Source: Candidatus Iainarchaeum sp. (GTDB lineage: Archaea > Iainarchaeota > Iainarchaeia > Iainarchaeales > JAAZKV01). From it: a DNA stretch of 64,000 nt. The notes under the pieces were generated by a model, which saw only the letters and a list, made by a program, of their open reading frames with translations, made no database searches and had not been told where the DNA came from. The position numbers were made by a program, and so were the translations under genes. Below are positions 1-9,909 of this stretch, piece after piece (the first letter of the stretch is position 1; each line of letters begins with the position of its first letter). The stretch lies in the NCBI GenBank assembly GCA_026397015.1, contig JAPLVR010000006.1:1-64000 (forward strand), given 5' to 3'.

Positions 1-2
1 AA

Positions 3-113
3 GGATATTATATCAAAATAGTAACTAAATACGGGACTGGCGCAAAAATCGACTGCTTAAAAGAACACTTGGGAAAAACAGCCTACGTCATCATCCCAAA
101 AACAAAAAAATAA
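3..113 (+). CDS. DUF2080-family (transposon-associated) small protein, 3' part (5' end outside window)
   Basis: Manual translation GYYIKIVTKYGTGAKIDCLKEHLGKTAYVIIPKTKK* matches the V(T/K)xxGxxAKxxxxKxxxGKxAYVII pattern; not in ORF track. Confidence 0.65.
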   Translation, partial: GYYIKIVTKYGTGAKIDCLKEHLGKTAYVIIPKTKK

Positions 114-193
114 GCCCTTTATATACTTTTGTCCCAGAGTCGCTTTCGGGCATTGCAAATGCTTTTTTATACATTGACAGTTGTTATTTCAGC

Positions 194-1183
194 ATGCCTC
201 CGGAAAAAAACAGCTTGTTGTTCGGAAAATTCTGCTTCGACCCGGAAAAAAAGCACAGCACGAAAAATGTTTTTCTTTCGCACGCGCACGCGGACCACAC
301 AAACTTCCTAAAAAAATCGACAATACATTCAACGCCGGAAACCGCAGAAATAGCCATGAAACGCTTCGAGGGAAGGGCGAACGGAATCAGATTTGAAAAA
401 ATATCTTTCGGGGAGAAAAAAAAATTTGACGGCTTTGAATTGGAATTGTTTCCAAGCGGGCATGTGCTCGGCTCGGCGCAGGCAAAAATCTTTGACACCG
501 AATCGGGAAATGAAACTGCCATAACATCCGACTTCCGCCTCAAAGACTCTCTTCTCTTCAAAGGCGCGAAACCGCTGCACTGCGACACCCTCATAATTGA
601 AACCACTTTCGGCCGGCCGGAATACATTTTTCCGAAAGAGGAAGAAGTTGTTTCCAAAATGATAAAATGGATTTCGGAAAATTCTGAAAAAGGCTTAGTG
701 GTGCTTGCGGGCTATTCCCTTGGAAAGGCGCAGGAACTGACAAAAATTTCAAACGAAGCGGGAATTGTTCCCATTGTGCATGAAAGCATTTTTGAGGTGA
801 ACAAAATCTATGAAAAATTCGGAGTGAAGCTTGGGGAAAGCCTGCCGCTCAATCACAACCTCAAAGAATCCTCTGTTCTAATTGTTCCCCCTTCGCTTGT
901 GAACAAATATTTGTTTTCAACACTTGAATACTTCGACAAAAGAAAAATATTTTCGGCAATCGCCACGGGATGGCCTGATTTCGGCGGGCAGTATGACAGG
1001 GTTTTCTGCCTGAGCGATCACGCTGATTTCAACGACCTAATTTCATATGTGAAACAGGCGAATCCGAGATTGGTGCTTACGGACCACGGTTTCAGCGAAG
1101 AATTCGCACGCAAACTGAACAAACTGGGCTTCAACGCGAAACCGCTGAGCAGACACCAGCAGAGGATTTTGTCGGAATTTTGA
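194..1183 (+). CDS. Metallo-beta-lactamase/beta-CASP-type nuclease (putative RNA-processing exonuclease)
   Basis: SHAHADH, GHVLGSA, IIETTFGRP, GYSLGKAQE and LSDHAD motifs; TATA-like TTTTTATA about 24 nt upstream of the ATG. Confidence 0.85.
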   Translation: MPPEKNSLLFGKFCFDPEKKHSTKNVFLSHAHADHTNFLKKSTIHSTPETAEIAMKRFEGRANGIRFEKISFGEKKKFDGFELELFPSGHVLGSAQAKIFDTESGNETAITSDFRLKDSLLFKGAKPLHCDTLIIETTFGRPEYIFPKEEEVVSKMIKWISENSEKGLVVLAGYSLGKAQELTKISNEAGIVPIVHESIFEVNKIYEKFGVKLGESLPLNHNLKESSVLIVPPSLVNKYLFSTLEYFDKRKIFSAIATGWPDFGGQYDRVFCLSDHADFNDLISYVKQANPRLVLTDHGFSEEFARKLNKLGFNAKPLSRHQQRILSEF

Positions 1184-1196
1184 AAAAATTTAGGAA

Positions 1197-1481
1197 TTAA
1201 CCCCATCTTGCTTCATTCGCTTTTCTCAAAGAGATTCTGGCCCTTAGAAGGGCGCGTTTTTTCTTATTAGCCTCTTTTCCAAGCTCTTCTGTAATTTTCT
1301 GATCTTTCCTTCCACGCGCCAGCAAAAATTTTGATCTCGCTTCGTTCGCCGCCCGCCTTGCGCCCGCAACTTGTGTAACATGGTCGTTTATGCTCATCTT
1401 TTTTCGACCGAGCGGAACTTCTCTGCTCGAGCGCATGTCGAAAGGAGCCTTTTTTCTTTTTAAATTTCTGTTCACCTTCAT
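1197..1481 (-). CDS. Hypothetical, highly Arg/Lys-rich small protein
   Basis: Fills the gap between genes; GGTG SD-like element upstream of ATG 1481; no recognisable domain. Confidence 0.55.
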   Translation of the reverse strand: MKVNRNLKRKKAPFDMRSSREVPLGRKKMSINDHVTQVAGARRAANEARSKFLLARGRKDQKITEELGKEANKKKRALLRARISLRKANEARWG

Positions 1482-1642
1482 AAAAAACACCTTAAATAAA
1501 AAATTTATTTTTTCAACTTGAATGTATAGTAATTTTAAACAAGGAAGTATTTAAACCCAGCTACGTGCTATTTTTTTAATTGTTTTGAAGACTTTATCAT
1601 TAATAATTGCGTGAACAAAGCAACCGGCAAAAATTGGTTTAT

Positions 1643-2947
1643 ATGGAACGCACACTTTTCTCGGATTGCCCGAAAAAAGCCGGGCAAAGGGTTTCGGTAA
1701 GCGGGTGGGTCCAGGAAAACAGGGACATGGGCGGATTAAGGTTTGTAATACTAAAAGACTGCTCCGGCCTGCTTCAAATAGTAATAGTAAAAAAAGCCAC
1801 TTCAAAAGAAATAAACGACGCCGTTTCAGGGCTCACAAGGGAATCTGTCGTCGAAATTGAAGGCGCCTTAAAAGCAAGTGAAAAAGCGCCCAACGGAGTC
1901 GAATTGATCCCTGAAAAATTCGCCGTTTTGGGAAAAGCAGAAAGCCCGACACCGATTGACACGGGCGGAAAAATAGAAAGCGACCTTTCGAAAAGATTGG
2001 ACCACCGCTTCCTTGATTTGAGAAACGAAAAAAGCTTGGCGATTTTCAAGGTTAGAAGCAGGATTTACAAATCATGCGTTGATTTTTTTGATTCGAAAGG
2101 ATTTACAAATATCAACACGCCGAAAATTACTACCGGCGGGGCGGAGAGCGGAGCCGACCTTTTTCCAATAGTTTACTTCGGAAGGGAGGCATTCCTCTCA
2201 CAGAGTCCTCAACAATACAAGCAAATGATGGTCTGCGCCGGATTTGAAAAGGTTTATGAGATTGCGCCGGTTTTCAGGGCGGAAAATTCGAACACGCCGA
2301 GGCACCAGACCGAATTCACCGGAATCGATTTTGAGATGGGGTTCATAAAACACACCTCGGATGTAATGGACGTAATAGAAGAACTGTTCAAGCACGTACT
2401 CACGGATTTGAAAAATAATTGTTCAAAGGAATTGGCGCTCTGGAAAATCGAATTAAAAATTCCGAAAAAAATCCCAAGAATAACGATGGCTGAAGCGAAA
2501 AAATTGCTTAAGGAAAAGGGAAAAGTGCTTCCTGAAAACGAGGATTTCGACCCTGAAGGGGAAAGAATGGTCGGGGAAATTGCAAAGGAAAAATTCGGGG
2601 AAGAATTTATTTTTGTAACAAATTATCCGATAGGGAAAAGGCCATTCTACCACTACTATAATGCGGACGGAAAAACAACTGACGGATTCGATATGCTTTG
2701 GAATGGAGTCGAGATTGCAACCGGCGGGCAGAGGGAACACCGCTACGAAATACTGAAAAAGCAGGCGAAGGACAAGGGAATTGATTTGGATTCAATGGGC
2801 TGGTATGCCGAGCTTTTCAGGTACGGCGCACCGCCCCACGGCGGAGTCGGCTTTGGCTTGGACAGGATTGTTCAGCGCCTGTTCAAATTCGAAAATATCA
2901 GGGAAGCAGTTCTCTTGCCAAGAGACCCGATAAGGATTTCACCTTAA
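1643..2947 (+). CDS. aspS: Aspartyl-tRNA synthetase, archaeal type, probably non-discriminating
   Basis: OB-fold GWVQENRDMGG, motif 2 FRAE, motif 3 GAPPHGGVGFGLDR; KAP Pro in the anticodon-binding loop; close to gatCAB. ORF track starts at 1607, ATG 1643 preferred. Confidence 0.95.
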   Translation: MERTLFSDCPKKAGQRVSVSGWVQENRDMGGLRFVILKDCSGLLQIVIVKKATSKEINDAVSGLTRESVVEIEGALKASEKAPNGVELIPEKFAVLGKAESPTPIDTGGKIESDLSKRLDHRFLDLRNEKSLAIFKVRSRIYKSCVDFFDSKGFTNINTPKITTGGAESGADLFPIVYFGREAFLSQSPQQYKQMMVCAGFEKVYEIAPVFRAENSNTPRHQTEFTGIDFEMGFIKHTSDVMDVIEELFKHVLTDLKNNCSKELALWKIELKIPKKIPRITMAEAKKLLKEKGKVLPENEDFDPEGERMVGEIAKEKFGEEFIFVTNYPIGKRPFYHYYNADGKTTDGFDMLWNGVEIATGGQREHRYEILKKQAKDKGIDLDSMGWYAELFRYGAPPHGGVGFGLDRIVQRLFKFENIREAVLLPRDPIRISP

Positions 2948-3020
2948 ACTATTTCTCACCGGCACAGAACCTTCGCAACTCTTAAATAGCATTTTTATAA
3001 CCATTCGAATACTGATAATT

Positions 3021-3254
3021 ATGGTGGACTTTTTGAAATTCGATTTTTCGGCAGTAGTCACAAAAGGAGAAGTTGCATTCGTGGCGTATTGCCCTGAACT
3101 CGGTGTCGTAAGCCAGGGAAAGAACTCCAAAACAGCTTTGGAAAATCTAAAAGAAGCGGTTGAACTCTACCTTGAAGATGAAGACGTAAAAAAAATGATA
3201 AAGACGCACCCGATAAAAAAAGCAAAAATCGCCTCAATATCAGTAACTGCATAA
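3021..3254 (+). CDS. hicB: HicB-family antitoxin (short form)
   Basis: FVAYCPELGVVSQG...ALENLKEAVELYLE signature. Confidence 0.9.
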   Translation: MVDFLKFDFSAVVTKGEVAFVAYCPELGVVSQGKNSKTALENLKEAVELYLEDEDVKKMIKTHPIKKAKIASISVTA

Positions 3255-3264
3255 ACTGATTTTG

Positions 3265-3486
3265 ATGAGGCTTCCAATTCTTTCGGGCAAAGAAGTAATA
3301 AAATTTCTTAGCAGAAAGGGTTTCGAAATAGTTGGAAGAAAAGGAAGCCACATAAGGCTAAAAAGGGAAATAAATGGAAAAGTGCTGGTAACTGTCGTTC
3401 CTTTGCACAAAAAAATTGACGTTGGAACACTTCTCGCAATACTAAAACAGTGCGAAATTGAAAGGCAAGAATTGAAAAAACTCTAA
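3265..3486 (+). CDS. hicA: HicA-family mRNA interferase toxin
   Basis: LPILSGKEVIKFL..GF....KGSH...VVPLH...GTLLAIL signature; directly downstream of hicB. Confidence 0.9.
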   Translation: MRLPILSGKEVIKFLSRKGFEIVGRKGSHIRLKREINGKVLVTVVPLHKKIDVGTLLAILKQCEIERQELKKL

Positions 3487-3550
3487 AACCTATTATTCGG
3501 TTCACTCCGCCCTTCCACCTTTAAAAAACCTATACGCACTTATTATTAGC

Positions 3551-3853
3551 ATGGCAAAAGTCGAAGTAACAAAAGAGCTAATCAGGCGCGTGGCGCAAAA
3601 TGCACACCTCAATTTAAGCGAACAGGAACTGGAAAAATTCGCCCCCCAAATAAAGGAAATAATCCTTGATTCTTTCGACAGGCTGGACGAAATCGATGCG
3701 GCGGATGAGAAGCCGAGCTTCCAGCCGGTTGAAATGCAGAACGTTTTCCGAAAAGACGGGCCGAAAAAATGCTTAACGCAGGAAGAAGCGCTTGGCAACG
3801 CGAAAAAAGAGCTTAAAGAAAAAGGATATTTTAAGGGGCCGAAGGTATTGTAA
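3551..3853 (+). CDS. gatC: Asp/Glu-tRNA amidotransferase subunit C
   Basis: VAQNAHLNL...NVFRKD...ALGNA...GYFKGPKV; upstream of gatA/gatB. Confidence 0.92.
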   Translation: MAKVEVTKELIRRVAQNAHLNLSEQELEKFAPQIKEIILDSFDRLDEIDAADEKPSFQPVEMQNVFRKDGPKKCLTQEEALGNAKKELKEKGYFKGPKVL

Positions 3854-3889
3854 AGGGCGGAACATGGGTAAAAAATATTTTGTGGTTTT

Positions 3890-5302
3890 ATGAAAAGGGA
3901 AGAAACCGTTAATTTTTTTGCAGAAGAGGCGAAAAAAAACTTTTCCAAGGTAGCTGAAAACGCGCAAAAAATAATCGCCGAAATTCAAAATTCAGAAAAG
4001 AAAAAACTCAACTACATTGAAACCTTTGACGGCGGAAGCGTTTTAGCGCAGCTAAAAGAACTTGAAAAATGGGATGAAAACAAAAAGAAAAAAGCGAAGC
4101 TGTTCGGAGTCCCAATCACTGTAAAGGATTGCATCTGTGTTAAGGGAATGGAATCGAAAGCGGGTTCAAGAATATTAAAAGGATACAAACCGCTATTCGA
4201 CGCAACCGTAATTGAAAAGGCGAGAAAAGAAGGCGCAATAATTGTTGCAAAGACAACGCAGGACGAATTTGGGTTTGGAACGTTCAGCACGAACACGGAA
4301 AAGGTTCCGAAAAATCCTTTTGACAATGAGAGGAGCTGCGGGGGCTCTTCAGGCGGAGCGGCAGGTTTTACTTCGCACACGAAAAATTTTCACATTGCAT
4401 TGGGGCAAAGTACCGGCGGCTCGATAGCATGCCCGGCTTCTTTTTGCGGAGCAACGGGAATTACACCCACTTATGGCCTGGTTTCGCGATATGGATTGAT
4501 TGATTACGCGAACTCGATGGACAAAATCGGTTCAATCGGAAGAAATGTTGATGACGCCGCGCTGCTGCTTGAAACAATTGCAGGAAAGGATGAAAAAGAT
4601 TCAACTACGCTTGATGCAGGTTTTGTTGTTAATGAGGGCGCAATAAGAAAAGTCGCATTAGTAACCGATTTCTTTGAAAATTGCGACGAGAAAGTCCAGA
4701 AGGCAACGATGGCAAAAATAAAAAAATTGAAGGAGTTTTTTGAAATCGAAGAGGTTTCGCTCCCGCTAAATGTGAAATACGCGCTTGCCGCCTACTACAT
4801 CATTGCCACAGGCGAAGCTTCAACGAACCTTGCAAAACTTTCAGGCTTGAGATACGGGGTGCAGGGAAACGTTGAAGGGAAGCACTTCGATGAATATTTT
4901 TCAGAAATAAGGAGCGCAAATTTCACCGATGAAGCAAAGAGGAGAATCATTTTGGGAACTTTTGCGAGAATGTCAGGCTACCGCGATGCTTACTATTTGA
5001 AAGCGATGAAAGTGCGAACAAAACTTATTAATGAATTCAAAAAAGCTTTTTTGAAATACGATTTGCTTCTGAATCCCACAATGCCCGTTGTGGCGCCAAA
5101 ATTTTCGGAAATTGAAAAACTTACACCTTTGCAAAACTACGCAATGGACCTCTGCACAGTTCCCGCAAACCTTGCAGGGCTGCCGCACATAAGCTGCAAC
5201 GCGGGATTTGTTGGCGGATTGCCAGTTGGCTTAATGGCTACCGCGCCGCACCTGAAGGAAAGGAACCTCGTCTCATTTGGAAAGGTGATGGAAATTGAGT
5301 GA
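3890..5302 (+). CDS. gatA: Asp/Glu-tRNA amidotransferase subunit A (amidase)
   Basis: GVPITVKD, GGSSGGAA, STGGSIACPASFCG amidase signature, KRRIILGTF. Confidence 0.95.
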   Translation: MKREETVNFFAEEAKKNFSKVAENAQKIIAEIQNSEKKKLNYIETFDGGSVLAQLKELEKWDENKKKKAKLFGVPITVKDCICVKGMESKAGSRILKGYKPLFDATVIEKARKEGAIIVAKTTQDEFGFGTFSTNTEKVPKNPFDNERSCGGSSGGAAGFTSHTKNFHIALGQSTGGSIACPASFCGATGITPTYGLVSRYGLIDYANSMDKIGSIGRNVDDAALLLETIAGKDEKDSTTLDAGFVVNEGAIRKVALVTDFFENCDEKVQKATMAKIKKLKEFFEIEEVSLPLNVKYALAAYYIIATGEASTNLAKLSGLRYGVQGNVEGKHFDEYFSEIRSANFTDEAKRRIILGTFARMSGYRDAYYLKAMKVRTKLINEFKKAFLKYDLLLNPTMPVVAPKFSEIEKLTPLQNYAMDLCTVPANLAGLPHISCNAGFVGGLPVGLMATAPHLKERNLVSFGKVMEIE

Positions 5303-6737
5303 CTCCAAAAAAACGGGGCAAAATGCTGATGAACAAAAAATAATGATTGGATTGGAGATTCACGCTTCGCTCGGCACAAAAACAAAACTGTTCTGTGCAT
5401 GCACAACTGAAGAAGCTGAGCCGAACAGCGCCACCTGTGAAGTGTGCTTGGGACATCCCGGAAGCAAACCTGTTCTGAATAAAACGGCGGTTGAATTCGC
5501 AACAAAAATCGCTCTGGCGTTGAACTGCAAAACAAATGAAAGCTTCTTCTTCAGCAGAAAAACATATTTCTACCCGGACATGTCAAAAAACTTCCAAATA
5601 ACACAATATGAAATACCACTGGCGGAGCAGGGATTCGTCGAATTGCCTCTTGGCAAGAAAGTGAGAATCAGAAGGGTCCACATGGAAGAGGACCCCGCCG
5701 CGCTTATACATCCGAACGGAATGGGAAAAAGTAATTATGTTTTAATTGACTACAACAGGTCGGGGCTCCCGCTTGTTGAAATTGTAACGGAACCTGACAT
5801 TGAATCGCCAAAAGAAGCACGCGATTTCCTGGACAAAATGGAAAATGTTTTGAAATACTTAGGAGTTTTAAAAGGCGAAAACCCGCTGAAAGTTGACTGC
5901 AACATTTCTTTGGAAGGCGGGGCAAGAGTGGAGATAAAAAATGTTTCAGGATTCGCGGCAGTTGAAAAGGCGCTAAACTTTGAAATTATAAGGCAAAAAC
6001 AAGAAATCCGAATGGGAAAAAAAGTGGAACAGCATACACGCGCGTATGACGCTGAAACCGGGCTCACGGTTGCCTTAAGGAAAAAAGAAACCGAAGAGGA
6101 TTACGGGTATATTTTCGAACCCGATTTGGTGAAGATAGCGCTTTCGGAAAAAGAAATTTCGGAAATACAAAAAACAATGCCCGAACTCCCGGATTCAAAA
6201 GCAAAACGATTCCAACAAAAATATTCTCTCGCCGAATATGATGCGAAGGTTTTGTGCGCCGACTTTGAATTGGGAAAATTATTTGAAAAAATGGTTGAGC
6301 TCGGCGCCGAGCCGAAAACATCCTCAAAACTGCTGACGCGCGAACTTCTTGCCGTTTTGAACCATGATTCGCTTGAATTAAGCGAAATTAAAGTTTTTGC
6401 AAAGGATTTTGCGGAGCTGGTTGGATTGACTGTTGATGGAAAGGTTTCTGATAAAAATGTGAAAAATTCGATGATAAATTACATCAGCGGAAATAAGGAA
6501 AGCCCAAAACAATTCCTCGAAAAAAATAATTTGCTTATTTCATCCTCAATAAATGCCGATGAAATTGTGGAAAAAATAATTTCTTCAAACCAAAAGGCGG
6601 CGGATGATTACAAAAAAGGGAATGAAAAAGCTCTGAACTTCCTTGCCGGCCTCGTAATGCGCGAAACAAAAGGCACCCTTGACCCGAAAAAAGCGCAGGA
6701 ACTGTTAAAATCAAAATTAAAGAAAGCAGATAAGTGA
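5295..6737 (+). CDS. gatB: Asp/Glu-tRNA amidotransferase subunit B
   Basis: IGLEIH, RKTYFYPD, HMEED, DYNRSGLPLVEIVTEPD, C-terminal YqeY-like domain. Confidence 0.96.
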   Translation: MSDSKKTGQNADEQKIMIGLEIHASLGTKTKLFCACTTEEAEPNSATCEVCLGHPGSKPVLNKTAVEFATKIALALNCKTNESFFFSRKTYFYPDMSKNFQITQYEIPLAEQGFVELPLGKKVRIRRVHMEEDPAALIHPNGMGKSNYVLIDYNRSGLPLVEIVTEPDIESPKEARDFLDKMENVLKYLGVLKGENPLKVDCNISLEGGARVEIKNVSGFAAVEKALNFEIIRQKQEIRMGKKVEQHTRAYDAETGLTVALRKKETEEDYGYIFEPDLVKIALSEKEISEIQKTMPELPDSKAKRFQQKYSLAEYDAKVLCADFELGKLFEKMVELGAEPKTSSKLLTRELLAVLNHDSLELSEIKVFAKDFAELVGLTVDGKVSDKNVKNSMINYISGNKESPKQFLEKNNLLISSSINADEIVEKIISSNQKAADDYKKGNEKALNFLAGLVMRETKGTLDPKKAQELLKSKLKKADK

Positions 6738-6844
6738 AGGCAAAAAAACAGTTCTTGAAAATCAACCCGGCGGTTTATTCCAATTCTACCCGACAAATAT
6801 TAACCCCCTGCAAAGCAATTCCATTAACAGGGGGGAAATAAAAC

Positions 6845-7117
6845 ATGACAATCACCGTTTTGGAAAACGCATACCTCAGAAAAGCCGAGGAACACCCTTC
6901 CTTTTGTGAAATTCACAAAAAAATAATGCTGCTTTTAATGAATGAAAAAAAGTATTTCACAAAAGATGAGCTCATCTGCTTTTCGAATTATAATGAAAAA
7001 AAATTGAATAAAATATTGAAAGACCTAGAAGCCAAAGGAGTTATAACTGTGGATGGGTGGCTCGTAAAACTCGCCGACTACGAAAAAATGAGTGAAATAA
7101 TTTGCAAAAAACTCTGA
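6845..7117 (+). CDS. Small winged-helix protein (putative regulator)
   Basis: LNKILKDLEAKGVI wHTH-type pattern; GGGGG SD-like element upstream. Confidence 0.6.
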   Translation: MTITVLENAYLRKAEEHPSFCEIHKKIMLLLMNEKKYFTKDELICFSNYNEKKLNKILKDLEAKGVITVDGWLVKLADYEKMSEIICKKL

Positions 7118-7252
7118 TAAAATCCACTCGCCGATTCAAAATAGACGCACCCCCCAAAAAGCAGGACGCCAGGCGAGTTGGGAAAGCGATAAAGGCAAAT
7201 AATAGCTAAACAAAAGAAAGAATTAATAACCAGAGAAATCTTACTAGTAACT

Positions 7253-7462
7253 ATGAACTGCTTGGGCATCTCCAATAAAATAGCAATTGTGTCTGGCTGC
7301 GGCGAATCAGATATAAGCGAATTAAACGCCTTTGACAACGCACTAATAAACGCAGGAATTCACGATTGCAACCTAATCCCTGTTTCCTCAATAATTTCTA
7401 AGAATACAAAAATAATAAAAAAATTCGACTGCCGTGCTGCAGCAGTTGTTTATTTGTTTTAG
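7253..7462 (+). pseudogene. pdaD: Pyruvoyl-dependent arginine decarboxylase with internal deletion
   Basis: GxGES..ELNAFDNALINAGIHDCNLIPVSSII N-terminus with SS self-cleavage site joined directly to a PdaD-like C-terminus (KKFDCRAAAVVYLF); only 69 aa against about 150-180 aa normally. Confidence 0.75.
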
Positions 7463-7471
7463 TGATGAAAA

Positions 7472-8740
7472 ATGGTTTTTGAAGTTGGAATTGGAACAAG
7501 CCAAAACTGGGACGCTGAGAAAGCTTCGTTAGAAGCAACAACAGACGCCCTAAGCAAGCTAACGCACCCGCCGACATTTGTGCTTCTGTTCTCAACAATC
7601 CATTATGAGAAAAATAACGGCTTCCAGAAGATTCTTGACACGACATACACAAAAATACCGAAAGAAACGCCTTTAGTTGGGGGAACCACGCCTGGATTCA
7701 TGACAAATGCAGGCGTTTTTACAAAAGGAATCGTAGTTTTTCTTCTATACTCCGACGAAATAAATGTAACGGCAGCATGCGCCAATGGAACAAAAAGAAA
7801 TCCAAAATCTGCTGCAAAGAAATTAAGCGAAATACTTTCAAGGAGCCAATCGGGGAAAAAAAATAATTTGATTCTAGAATTCGTTAATGGGCCAACAGTT
7901 CCTCAGTTCCCATGGATAAAGGGGAAAAAAATATTAAAGAATGTTGCGATTGGAACCTTGTTTAAACACACTGCGGACATCTTTTTAAGCATTTTCCAGA
8001 ACGGGGTTGGGCGAGAAGAGGAAATCCTCGCAGAATTGGCAAATAAAAATCCGGACGTATACATTCTTGGAGGATCAACACTTGACAACAATGAATTGGG
8101 GCCGAATTTCCAATTTTTCAACAAAAAGGTTCTAACAAACAACATTGTCGCATTGTCCATAAAAACCGACAACAAACTAAGAATAAACACAACATACGCC
8201 CTGCAAAAAACAGGCATTAAATTCAAGGTCAAAAAAGCAAAGAACAACGAAAGAATAATCGAAAAACTAAATGACAAAAATGCAAAACAGGAATTTTTGG
8301 CGAGAATCGGTTGGAACGAAAACATCCTCGACGAAAGGCTTTACAGGAAAACCTTTCACTATGCAATAGGATACGAAAAAGACAAAATCACTTATCCAGA
8401 AATAATTGGGGCATTTTATGGAAATGATATTTGGACAGGGTATAAATTCGACTCTGACGAAGCAGAAATGCTTGTTTCAAATGGAAAAACACTTATGGCA
8501 GCAATAGATGAAAATATTGCTTCAATAGGGAACAAAAAACTAAGCTTTAATCTGTTTGTTGCGTGCGCATCCATATTGGAAACACTTGGTAAAAAGAATT
8601 ATTTTATTAAAGAAAAAATGGACGCAATTTTTAAAAACGATGAATATCTCATGCTATTTTTAGGTGGAGAGGATTCGTATTCCATGGAACACGGAATAAG
8701 ACATCTCAATTACAGTTTTAATTCCATTTCAATGAGTTGA
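7472..8740 (+). CDS. Stand-alone FIST-domain sensory protein
   Basis: PTFVLLFST, PLVGGTTPG, ILGGSTLD, FVACAS, GGED..HLNYS: FIST_N plus FIST_C architecture. Confidence 0.8.
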   Translation: MVFEVGIGTSQNWDAEKASLEATTDALSKLTHPPTFVLLFSTIHYEKNNGFQKILDTTYTKIPKETPLVGGTTPGFMTNAGVFTKGIVVFLLYSDEINVTAACANGTKRNPKSAAKKLSEILSRSQSGKKNNLILEFVNGPTVPQFPWIKGKKILKNVAIGTLFKHTADIFLSIFQNGVGREEEILAELANKNPDVYILGGSTLDNNELGPNFQFFNKKVLTNNIVALSIKTDNKLRINTTYALQKTGIKFKVKKAKNNERIIEKLNDKNAKQEFLARIGWNENILDERLYRKTFHYAIGYEKDKITYPEIIGAFYGNDIWTGYKFDSDEAEMLVSNGKTLMAAIDENIASIGNKKLSFNLFVACASILETLGKKNYFIKEKMDAIFKNDEYLMLFLGGEDSYSMEHGIRHLNYSFNSISMS

Positions 8741-8746
8741 TAAAAA

Positions 8747-9901
8747 CTAAACATTTTCAGCAATAATCCTCTTTATTTCGGAACAATCCTTGTTGTAAAA
8801 AGTTCTTATGTCTGGAAAATCAAATATGCCTGCTGACAGGGCCATGAAAAGCAAAGCTCTTTTTTTCGAATCTAATTTAAATATGTCTAACATAATTTCG
8901 GTCGTAGTATCGGAAACGTCGTAAAAATTTTTCATGTTCGAAACCATTTTTGTGTGATAATCCCCACTTTTAATGACAAAATCAATCGCTGTTTCGCCGG
9001 CAACATAACCACTTATGACTGCTGGCAAAATGCCTTCAATAAACGGCTTAATGTTTCTATTCGCGGCGTCTCCAGCAAACAAAATATTTCCAAACTCAAA
9101 TATCGGCTCTCTGTGAATTACTGCGGTACCGCTTTTTTCAGAGATAAATTTTGGCCTACCAACCTGGCATTTAACTGTTTTCAAACTCAAAAATTCATCA
9201 AAATACGTTTCCAATTTTTTTTTTGGAAGATAGGTTCCAACACCAACATTCGCAATTGATTTCGATTTTGGAAAAATATATGCATATCCGCAGGGGGCAA
9301 ATTCACCAAAAAAAATTTGTTCCAAATTCGGGACCGCGAGCTTCATACCAGTTATTTCCCAAGACAAAACCTTCGCCAAAATTTCTTCTTTCCTGCCGGG
9401 TTTCACAAAATCAAGCACTTTGGAGTCTACACCATCGCATGCAATAACGACTTTTGGGCAAATTCGTAGCTTAACGCCTGCCTTATCCACAACACAAGAT
9501 TCTGCGATAAGATTTTCGTTAATATTGATGTCTAATAATTCCGTAGACAAAAATATTTTGACGCCTTTTTTTTCAGCAATGTCTGCAAGCCACTGCTGCA
9601 ATCTCGGTTTATTAATTGTGTATCCTTTCCAGAGATCCCCGACTTTGTCAATACAAAAGTCATCCGCATAAAATCTAATACCGTCTATTTTCCAATCAAG
9701 GATTGTTTTTGGCAATTTTATCTGAACACTTTCTAACAAGTAATGTCCTATCCCTTCAGCACAGCTTACTGGGATGCCGAGTTTGTCTTTTTTGTCAATA
9801 CAAACAATTTTCACATTTGTGTTTTTGGAAGCAGCTATCGCTGCTCCCAGCCCAGCAGGGCCAGCGCCCACAATCAATACATCGCAACTTATTTGTTCCA
9901 T
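8747..9901 (-). CDS. Geranylgeranyl-reductase-family FAD-dependent oxidoreductase
   Basis: GAGPAG Rossmann motif, PVSCAEG, ACDGVDS, GYAYIFPK, GDAA. Confidence 0.88.
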   Translation of the reverse strand: MEQISCDVLIVGAGPAGLGAAIAASKNTNVKIVCIDKKDKLGIPVSCAEGIGHYLLESVQIKLPKTILDWKIDGIRFYADDFCIDKVGDLWKGYTINKPRLQQWLADIAEKKGVKIFLSTELLDININENLIAESCVVDKAGVKLRICPKVVIACDGVDSKVLDFVKPGRKEEILAKVLSWEITGMKLAVPNLEQIFFGEFAPCGYAYIFPKSKSIANVGVGTYLPKKKLETYFDEFLSLKTVKCQVGRPKFISEKSGTAVIHREPIFEFGNILFAGDAANRNIKPFIEGILPAVISGYVAGETAIDFVIKSGDYHTKMVSNMKNFYDVSDTTTEIMLDIFKLDSKKRALLFMALSAGIFDFPDIRTFYNKDCSEIKRIIAENV

Positions 9902-9909
9902 AAGTTCAA

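Noticed and set aside
6804-6834. CCCCCTG-N17-CAGGGGG inverted repeat as a riboswitch-like SD sequestrator
   Set aside because: Only 7-bp arms, and the left arm probably lies upstream of the transcription start; it might be an operator but is unsupported.
7120-7185. CCACTCGCC...GGCGAGTTGG stem as an ncRNA upstream of pdaD
   Set aside because: A single imperfect stem with no recognisable family features.
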